Of a DNA stretch of 64,000 bases, positions 54,301 through 64,000 are shown one piece after another. A program made the translations under genes and the position numbers. Each line of letters begins with the position of its first letter. Positions within the stretch are counted from its first letter, which is position 1. The notes beneath the pieces were generated by a model. That model saw only the letters and a program-made list of their open reading frames with translations. It had not been told where the DNA came from and ran no database searches. Where the stretch lies: NCBI GenBank assembly GCA_043228905.1, contig JBHGNT010000009.1, positions 2,604,001 to 2,668,000 on the forward strand, in the 5' to 3' direction. The stretch comes from Azolla caroliniana (taxonomy: Eukaryota; Plantae; Polypodiophyta).

Positions 54301-56600
54301 GTATATGAAATTCAAAGTTGTTTGGAATATTGTCCAATTAAAAATTTGAAAATACATATAACAATGTTGACGAATATACAAAATCTTGGTAGTTAGATCT
54401 CAATTCTAGAAGTAGGAAAATGTTGATGATAAATGTTGGATTAGTGACCCAAAATATGTTTTAGGGTTAGGGTCTCTAGTGACCATATTCCAAATAAAAT
54501 CCTCCGAAAACTCTCTCTTGTTCTATAGTTGTTCAAGTTGTAGAATATCCAACTAGCTCTTACAAATCACAATCATGTGAGCCCACTATGAGTAAAACAC
54601 TATTACAACTACAAATTGGGTAGACAACTTGAGGCATAAGAGTCGGGAGGAACACTCTAGTGCTAGAGATTAGGTCATGATATACCACAAGAACACTATA
54701 ATCCATAAAGGACATGATGTACAACTCCATAAAGGCACAAGAGTGAGAAAAGGCATTATCTAGTGCTAGAGACTAGGTTAGAATATGTCATAAGAACATT
54801 ATCATCCAACATCTAAATAAATATTTTCAAGACAAGAAGGTGATGATGCTTTGGTGGGTATGAACGCATTAAGACGAAATTGCAAAATATGAGACTAACC
54901 CTGCAATGTAGAAAAAGGAAGATGCTACTATCTTAGCATAATGTCGTTGAAACTCTCATACTTTGTCAATGCCAATAAATTTGAGGAAGTAGAGGTAATG
55001 GAACTAGAAGTGAACTGATGTAGGAAATCAACGAGATAACAAAGTGCAACCACAACTATTGGTATGAGTTGGTTCAAATTTATGAGTTTATTATCAAAAT
55101 TATCATCTTTTTTTATTATTTTCAATATGAACCATCTTCCATCAAACAAAGAAATTGGTATCATAATCTAGTAATGCTAAGGATATCGAGATGTTGGAAT
55201 GGACAAGTTCATGATACAAAGTCATACCAAGCATGACTTCTCAAAGAACTATTAGCAAGCACACTTACATGTGGTGTTCATCAAGGAAGGGAAGGGGACA
55301 TTCTAATAGTGGGTTTGGCCTTTAATATTAAAACGGACTGAACTAGTAGAAACTACAAAAAAAATCATGTGCACCCACTCCCCAACGTTGTCCTTACATT
55401 CTAATATATTAATGTATGATATTGGCTCTACCCATGATGCATGCATGTATATTAACCTCATGAAATGCCCATGAGAAGTTAGTTCTATGTTATGGCTATT
55501 GATTGATGCCCACAAGAAGTAAGTTTTCATATTGGTTATTGATTGCTACAAAGTTTGGTGTATTTGTGTAGAGAGAGAGATGTCTTGTGTTGAGTTTTTG
55601 GAGAGCATCCTACTTTGGGATGTCCATTGTTTTGTTTGTGTCCGTGTGCAAATCTATGTCTCCTTAGTAGAAGATACACAACAACAACAACCTACAAAGC
55701 TTTGACAACCTCTCCAACATGCCTTGGAGAGAGGTTGTTCTGATCCATGACATGTCCCCCAATTGGAGGAACAACCAAGGTGCTTTGAATACATATGTAA
55801 TCAATTCATATTTCCATTTCACATTATTAAGACCACACGTGGATACATCTTCTTATGGAAACATTGTTTTGTTCTAGTAAGAAAGCCACCTTTCCGTACG
55901 TGTACTTGTGGTTTAAGAATAACATCTTAATGCAAATGAAACGTCATAATTTCCAAATCTAAAGGAGCTCAAAGTTTAGCATCAATAAGACCAATATGCT
56001 TATAAATTATTGTGCCATCATGCCTTTTATTACAATTTACAATATTATAACAAGGTATGCATTCACATTATTACCATGTTAGTGGGACAAACATAAGAAT
56101 GCAATAAGGCAAATTTGCTAGAAAGAACAACTTTTGTAACCATTATCGTTGTGCTTTCTTATGTCATCATCATGTATTGTCATGTCATGAGTTGAACCTA
56201 AAAGGTAAAAATGACATAGTTTGTCTCTAATAATGTTCATAATATCTAAGATGAAACATTGTAAGTGAGAATGTGCTAGAGAGATATTGATCTGAAGTTT
56301 TTGGCAGTAAAATCATAACAATATTAGGTTAGTTGTAAAAGAAACTTAATGAGAAACCTAGACAAAATGAATGGTTTCAAATGTGTTTAGTTTCCTTCTT
56401 CTTTTGATAGAAGATATTGTGAAGTGTGTTTTCAAAAATGTTGTCATGTTTATGTTTAAAATCTAGTGTATACTTTTTACAAACAATTTACTAGAGTTTT
56501 CCATTGGACAATTTATACTGAATGATGATGCTTTTGCATGATAACTAACAATATAGCAAAACAAAATGTACACAACAAGATCCATAATTAATGTTTATTT

Positions 56601-56689
56601 TTTTTTCTATTAAAAGATACTACATTAATATTAAAAAACGCCCTAAGGCTATACGTAAAAGATGTACCTTTCGATAATGAGCCCTCAAA
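56601..56689 (-). mobile_element. about 90-bp poly(A)-tailed retroposed insert
   Basis: Flanked by ataattaatgt(t/g)tattt at 56584-56600 and 56690-56706. Poly(T) at the left end. Confidence 0.6.
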
Positions 56690-58840
56690 ATAATTAATGT
56701 GTATTTGCATAATTGGAGTCATAGTTTTGCATGTTTTCTTTACCATTATCAAGTTCTATTGTCATTGAAGTGGCTTGCAAGCAAACATGTATGTTCATCC
56801 TATCTTTCTTTGATTATTTTTTCTTCCACTTTGTAGACATGTAATGCCTCTTTTACATAGATAAGACTATCACCCACTACTTTCAATGAAAGTATATTCT
56901 TTTCTTCTTCCAATATATCTAACTACTTGTTTAGATCACTAAACAACATTATTAGTATATAATCAGGGAAAAAACATTAATAACTATATAAACAACATGC
57001 ATGCACTGAATATGCTTATTGATAAGATTTCTTAAAAGTTTGGATAGAGTTTTTCATTTTGTAAACCTCATATTACACTTATTAGTCCAAGTCCAGATTC
57101 AATGACACATCTCACTTGTGTACCATTTTGCGTACTTATTATTTAAACATCTGTTTTGTAGATAAACATCATTACACTCATTCAATGTTTCTTCTAGTGC
57201 GGATATTCTGTATTGTTTGATGTGACTATAGTTTCATGAGCCTTGCATGACCTACTCATAATTATAATCACAAACATCCACATATATACATATCAAATAC
57301 CTTTTATTCTCGCTATGATAAACTGCTCATATCATTCCTTCTTTTTAAAAACCATTGAAAGCCCATTAGCAACATAATTCAAAATACGACTTTTTGTAAT
57401 GCAAGGATATAGGTTATTAAAAGGAAGTGTTACTGCTACCATGGGAGGATTTCACTGTTGTTGATTGGAAATTCATGTTCGTGAAATGTCATCCTTTTAA
57501 CTTGTTTGCTTTTTGCAAGTACCTTATTGTTATCAAACTTTATCTAATCGTCGATATTGAAACATGTTCCACATTGAATTTTTTTTATGTTGTGGCACAT
57601 CTGAAATTGTGTAAAATTGAAACTAAATATTCATTAATCTCATTTATCAATTGCATGGTATACTTTTTCGACAATGAATTATTGTTTATAAAGTGTATTG
57701 TTATGAATTTTTTTTCTGAGAAAAAACTTCTTCTTATTAGTTAGGTGAAACACATGTATAGATCTAGCTATGCATTGTAAGTATCTATAGATACTCTACT
57801 ATTTACAGGTCGCTTTCATATATATATTTGGCTATCCTTGTGTGGACACCTTAGATAAAAACGCCATCCACATAGTAGCAAACGGTTGCATGACAAAACC
57901 TGTTATTTTTCAACAAACATCAAAACATAGCTCGAAAGCTTCCGAACGCAACTAGACATTGATATCACCGAAAGCAATATGAGTTATTTGCTAACCAGGG
58001 GGTAGAGCCAGTGAGGTGGCTGGTAGCACCATTTCGAATATCTTGAATTGAAGTCCACCAATGGTGTGGTTTCTCAAAGTGCGATAAATTGTACTCGTGC
58101 CAACTCTTGAGACTCGGAATATCCTTGTAGGTTTTCGAATTGCGCAAACATTTTTTGTTGGTTTGCAGAAAAATAAGAAAGTAAATCAACTTTGGTCGTA
58201 ATGACGATTTTTGCCACATGTAAATTTGCGTAGCGTGATATGGATTATCTACTTGTGTTCACATGAAGGAGTGACTCAACAAGTTCCATGGGGACACAAT
58301 TGTGTTCTCTCGATGAGTACCATAATGACCGCTTCTTTCATTTTGAGTCATTGAGGACCATGAATCGCCTGCTTTGCTTATACAAATGAATGTATTAGTA
58401 AACAATCTTTTCACATGTGGAGAGTTGTTCTAAGAACATCTTCGCATTGGTCAAATGGAAGAATCAACTCGCCAATTGTTCAGAAATACATGTTAAAAAT
58501 GCAAGTCACCAATACAATGGTTTTATTGTGCATTGAGAGGGGGGAGACGATTGTGCCTTCGTGATTACAATAAGTTTTGGCAATTTGAACAAAAATTACA
58601 TAAATATACAAAACAATTGCTCCCCTTTTCATAAGGCAAGAAGAGATAAAATTATGCACCCAAAAGTATACACTCATTAAGTTGGGGGGAATGCAAAGTA
58701 TTTGTTGTACATTTCACTACCCAACAATGATATACCAAGGATGCAAACTAGGAGCATGAGAAGAGGGCATAAGAAGAGACTTGAAAAGAGTTTAAAGCCT
58801 TGTGGGCAAATTAGTGTGAAGTGTTGTAAAAGACTATAAA

Positions 58841-59006
58841 GGTCATTTTTGGTTCCTTCCTCATTATTTAGATTTAAGTTAGAGCCTCTCTCTCTCTCAC
58901 ACACACACATTCATTTTGGTAAAGGTCTTGAACATCACTACTCATTTTTAGGTCATTTTTGTTCCTTTGTCGTTCCTTCCTCATTATTTAGATTTAAGTT
59001 AGAGCT

Positions 59007-59100
<94 letters not shown>

Positions 59101-59220
59101 TCTTCTTGGTAAAGTTCTTGGACGTTGCTACTCATTTTCATATGTATTATGTGAAATGTCATGTGTTTGGTCTCATAGGTTATATTTGACCTGCAAAGAT
59201 GATAATAGAATCTATCTCTC
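58841..59220 (+). repeat. tandem duplication of about 110 bp with (CT)n(CA)n microsatellite, ending in a family B LINE terminus
   Basis: 58841-58950 resembles 58951-59140. (CA)n at about 59024-59099. 59096-59220 matches about 21968-22105. Confidence 0.75.
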
Positions 59221-59289
59221 TTGTTTTTTTTATCGTAATTAGATTACCCTAGTAGTAATTTGTCACGTTATTAACACACCCCCTCTCTC

Positions 59290-59622
59290 GCTCTTGGTGA
59301 AAACACACAATTATATTAATAAATGTGTGTGAAAAACACTGTAACTTACAATGGGTGCGACAATGGAGTATGGTCACCCACTAACTAGACTACATGGGTA
59401 GTGGAACATGTTGATTTGCCAATAGGCAAGACAAACACTCCACTAAGGAAAGAATTTCCACTTGCTCCAATAGAGAAAACCGATGTCCTAGGTTTAAAAA
59501 ACCCAATTCCTCACCTCTCTATTAATCCATAAGTATCTCTTAATTTACCAACGCCACTGTGGAATGTAAGGGTTGAACCCATAACCTCTTGGTCTCCATT
59601 GGGGAACCTTACTAACTTAGCT
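59290..59622 (-). mobile_element. candidate tRNA-derived SINE
   Basis: Minus-strand A-box-like AGCTAAGTTAGT (59622-59611) and B-box-like GGGTTCAACC (59580-59571). 3' end resembles the adjacent L1 terminus. Confidence 0.45.
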
Positions 59623-62251
59623 CTTTTTTTTTTTCTTTTTTTCTTTTTTTTTGTAAAATTATACAATTATATTAATTGTATGTAAAATCCACTTAGTTAC
59701 AACACTTCTTAGTCTCCTCTACCTATCACATGCCTATGTAGGGAAAAGGACGTTTTGTAATGCTATTAAAAAACCTGAATATGCATTTGAGGAAAATATC
59801 CCCACATGCTCTAACATCCAAAAATTCCGCATGAGAATACCTTTAAGCTTCTTTATATAGGCTTTCACCCCATGTCTATTATCAAACATGAAAGCATTAC
59901 ACATATTCCAATTGTGTTCTAGACCCCAATAACATAAAAATTGGAACAATATCTCCATCTCATCATTGGAACCATTTTGAACATATTGAGAAAAAACCCA
60001 TTGTTGAGGTCTCAAACAACAACGAGTTAAAACTTGCCAAATGTCCGATAAGTACTTCCAAATGGTACACGCTATAGGACATTTAATGAACCTATGTGTA
60101 CTATCCTCCAATGGAATGATGCAAAAGAAACAAGTGTCAGACCCTAGTCCTTGTCTCTTTAAGGCCAAACCTAATGGGAGCCCACCAATCATGATTCTCA
60201 ATATGAATACCTTTGCACGAAATGGTAGATGGGAATGCCAACTACGTTGTAATATTTTCCACCACCTTGCATCTAACTTACATACATTCCACAACTTTGT
60301 TGCTTTAGGAGATAGCCAAGATAATGATGCCATTGCATGATGATACAACATATTTGTAGTGACCTGTAACAAGCGTGTACCATCTTGTAACCGCCAATCC
60401 ACCCAAGGTGCAAAATTTGTTTTCAATGGCAAAGATCCTTGCAACAATGGTATATCTTGTAATTTCTCCCAAATAAATCCATAATTTGGGGGAATACATA
60501 ACCATTGCTTGACATCTTCAAAATCCGACAACTTTTGAGATTCATTATTAACCACATCTTCCAAATGTACAATCCCCAATCGAAATAAACGATTGAATTT
60601 AGATCTCAACTTCTCTTTCCCATGCCAAAACAACACTCGAGAAGAAACAAGCAATTCATTTTGTAATGAATTACAATATTCTCGGTCACTTGATGGTTCC
60701 CATTCAAAAAGAGATAATGCATCTTGCTACGATCTTACCAAATGTTGTCCACATACAGAATGTCGGATTTTTAGAAGAATACTTCCATTTAGTAGTGACC
60801 ACCATGATGCTTGAATCATGCTCAATAAAATATTGCATCATAGATATCCATGGTTGATCTTGTTGACATATATCTCGTAATAATGTAAATCTACGAGCCA
60901 TCAAAAGCCTTTCCAAATCCAATATTGCTGCACCACCTAACCTTTTAGGAGTAGCCAAATGGTCCCATGAAATCCATGTAACTCCCCCATCATTTCTCCC
61001 TTCCGCCACAACATGAACCGAATAGGTTGTAACATGCTTTGTAATGCCTTCTTAGTCCAAGGAAGTAAAGGCAAAAAATATAATAACATGGGTATCAAGA
61101 TACATTGCACCACTTTGAGTCATACATGAAAGGGCCATAATTGAGACTTCCAATACATAAATTTGTCCTTCAATTTACTACCAATCCAATCAATCAATTG
61201 AACATTTGTAACATCAACACCCAATGGATAACCCAAATGTCGATAAATTGAACCTCGTGTAATCACTGACCCTCGTCATCCCAAACATTCCAAATCACTG
61301 TACATACAAGAAATAAGGCGAGACTTCCTCCAATTTATATACAACCCTGAAGCCAAAGCAAATTTATCCCAAACTCGCATACTTCTTTTAAGGTTTTCTT
61401 TTGAGGCTTGTAAAAACATAAAAGAATCATCTGCCAATGCTTGTGCCACCAATTGTCCACCAAAAGGAAGATGCAAACCCACAATATCACCATTGGCCGC
61501 AAGATTTGACAACATTACTAACAAAGGATGTGTAACAATACTAAATAACAATGGGCTTAGTGGACATCCTTGCCGCACTGATCTAGTAAGAAAGAGTTTC
61601 GGAGTAACTCTGCCATTAAGCATCACACACAAGGTCGCATTTTGCCCTAGCAAAAAGATAAGTCGACACATACGAGGACCAAACCCCATATTATACATCA
61701 CACCTGAGAAGAAAGACCAATTAACATGATCATATGCTTTTTCCAAATCTAATTGCACCATAACCATTTCTTGATGTGTATGTCTAGTATAATCTATCGC
61801 CATTTGAACATTCAAAACATTATGCAATATATTTCTACCTGTAATAAAACCATATTGAGATGGATGAATAAGTTGAGGTAAGAACTTCTTAAGTCTGTTG
61901 GAGAATATCTTTGCAAACACTTTGTACAACCCTCCCATCAATGAAATAGGCCTCCATTGATGAAATGACTCCGGAGATGGTACCTTTGGTATCAATTTGA
62001 TTAAGCCCACCTTCCAGCTCTCAGGCATGAAACCAGAATCCCAACATTGCTGAAACATTTGTGTGAATGGAGTCTTAAGCATGTTAGCATACTTCTTAAA
62101 AACTTCATTTGTAACACCATCCCAGTCAAGGCTTTTACCATTTGGAATGTGTCACAATACCTTTTCCACCTCAACTTCCAATTCTTGACAAATATTTGTA
62201 TTCATGACACTCCCAATTACATTATAAAACTCTTGTCGTGCTTTCGAGACA
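59623..62251 (-). mobile_element. L1-like LINE ORF2 (RT plus zf-RVT), broken into several frames and interrupted by an LTR element
   Basis: WRPISL, QYGFITGR, DLEKAYDHVNW, VRQGCPLSPLLF and LADD (61276-62082). CFFC..EDSTHRFIKC (59734-60654). Poly(A) at 59623-59652. Confidence 0.92.
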
Positions 62252-64000
62252 TGTAGCGGTCGGCCCGAGTGCCGGCGTTTGTCCTATAGGAGAGATCGGT
62301 GGCGGCAGGTGAACGTGACCAGTAGAGGAGGTCGGACTACAGCGAGAGGAAAATGGCAAGCGGTGCTGCCGCAACCTTACACACACTGGTTCTAGACACT
62401 CCAGCAGTCGGCCCGAGAGCCGGCGTGAGACCTAGAGTAAAACACGGTAGTGGCGGCAAGGCGGGCAACCGAAAGCAGAAGGGGAGGTCCCACGAGATCC
62501 TCCCACCAATCCGGCAGTCGACCCGAGTGCCGGCGTGAGCCTTATAGGAAAGGACGGTGGCGCCAAATGAATGTGATCGGACAACGAAGGTAGAGCAACA
62601 AGGAGGTATCGGGCCGAAGAGGCGGGCCACAAACCAAAACCGGACCTTCTGGCAAGGTCGATGGAAGGAAAGGGGAAGAAGAAAAGTAAACCGGTCCTAT
62701 GGGATCCTCACACCAATCCGGAGACACCGGCAGTTCGAGCCGACATGGCAACGTGAGACCGAGTGAGAAGGATGGTGGCGGCAGGAAACGAGAACCGGTG
62801 ATGTGAAGTGCGGATGGGCAAACCTACGGTGATCCTCACACCGACAATTCAAGCCGACATGGCAACGTGAGCCCAAGTGTGAAGGATGGTGGCGGCAGGT
62901 GAACAGGGTCAAGAAAAGGGAACTAACAAGGCTAGAGTTGACGAGGGCCAAACCATTACAGGCCGATTACAATTTCGGAGGGAAGCCAGTATATGGGCTA
63001 GCTGAGCGGAACAAGAGATGTACGAGTGGCCATCAAGGACCGAAGCAAGCACGAGTACGGGCGGCGTTCGGCACAAGCAGTGCCGAACAAGAAAGGCCGG
63101 AAACACCACACGGCACACGGGAAGAACCAACAGAGCGACATGCGCGGCATGCAAGGGTGCGGAATCCGGCGTACAACCGAAGTGACCAGGGGAGTTCGGG
63201 AGAACCGATCGAGGGAGGAAGGCGCGAACGTCAGATGCGATGGATCGGATGGAGCCAATGGATCAGGGCCGGTAACGAGCCGACGGGACGGACGGGTGCC
63301 GGTAAGGCAGAGGACTAGTTAATCACCGTCGCCGGAATCTCTCACCCTTTTTCCCTCTTGGCACATGCCAGTGGATGTGCGGTTTGGTGGGGGTGGATGT
63401 CGTGGAGATTTCCGGCTATAATGTGAAACCGGGGTAGAATAGGGCAAATCGGTGGTGTGCAACATGTGCACATATATAGTAGGAAACGGTGTATAGAATA
63501 AAGGGGAGTATTTTTCCCACATTTTAACACTCTCCCTTCCTTGGTCTATAAAAGGAGGGAGGGGGTCCCTTGTTGGGGGTTGCCAACTTTGAGTTAGGAG
63601 GGTATATCGTTAGAGTTAGGGTTAGGCAGTTTCTCTTATTCTTGCTTCGTTCTAGGGTTTCATCTTAGTAGTTTTCTTTCTTTCTTCTTCTTCTTCGTTG
63701 TCGTGTGGGTTGAGAGTTCGTGTCTATTTAGGGTTTGCTTCTGCTCGGTCCCTTGTGCAAGACCCCGCTCGGCGCGACGAGCCTGAGAGCTCCCCGATCG
63801 GCGGCTTGGCAGCAGACTGCTGTTGTAACCTAACCTACCTTGGTTCGGCTCGAAGCTGGGGCTGTATCTTTTCCCTTGTGATATATATACTCATATCAAT
63901 TTGTGCATATTGATGTATTTGGCGGTGTCGGGAGCATAGCCCCTTTGTTTCCTGTCCATAAGAGTCAGTGTCGCGCACATGCTCTTTCTCTCTTTTCTCT
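62252..64000 (+). mobile_element. long LTR of an LTR retrotransposon, running off the window
   Basis: Abrupt switch to GC/CpG-rich DNA starting TGTAGC inside the L1 reading frame. Repeated U3-like modules (cggcccgagtgccggcgt-like x3; agccgacatggcaacgtgag x2). TATA ctataaaagg near 63546, followed by a pyrimidine-rich R/U5-like tract. Confidence 0.75.

Noticed and set aside
51500-58800. Short ORFs in the long AT-rich region upstream of the channel gene
   Set aside because: No recognisable motifs or consistent exon chain. Probably decayed repeats and intergenic DNA.
62337-63913. Many overlapping ORFs on both strands
   Set aside because: Expected in GC-rich LTR DNA. No gag, protease or RT motifs.

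Overview
AT-rich eukaryotic nuclear DNA from a non-seed land plant, most likely a fern. That assignment is inferred from the large TE-filled introns and from a mitochondrial insertion carrying both C-to-U and U-to-C editing signatures. I reconstructed four intron-containing genes by hand, all with GT-AG junctions in consistent phase: TH2-like TenA/HAD thiamine enzyme (+, 1564-5484), OEX2-like PolI-type 5'-3' exonuclease (-, 6654-16194), XRN4-like 5'-3' exoribonuclease (-, about 18912-36361, 3' end uncertain) and a SLAC1/SLAH anion channel (-, 48979-51363). Much of the remaining sequence is non-LTR retrotransposon debris, plus a Mutator-like MITE, the start of a GC-rich LTR at the right edge, and tandem repeats. 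Most notable: (1) a near full-length, unedited mitochondrial atp6 copy inside an OEX2 intron, in which the expected Gln codons read as stops; (2) two RTEX-like LINE families with (TC)n tails, stacked head-to-tail in each other's tails and sharing a covarying 3' stem-loop; (3) a candidate tRNA-headed SINE sharing its 3' hairpin with the adjacent L1. No CRISPR arrays, rRNA or intact tRNA genes were found. All alignments and family assignments were made by eye against remembered motifs, not by database search.
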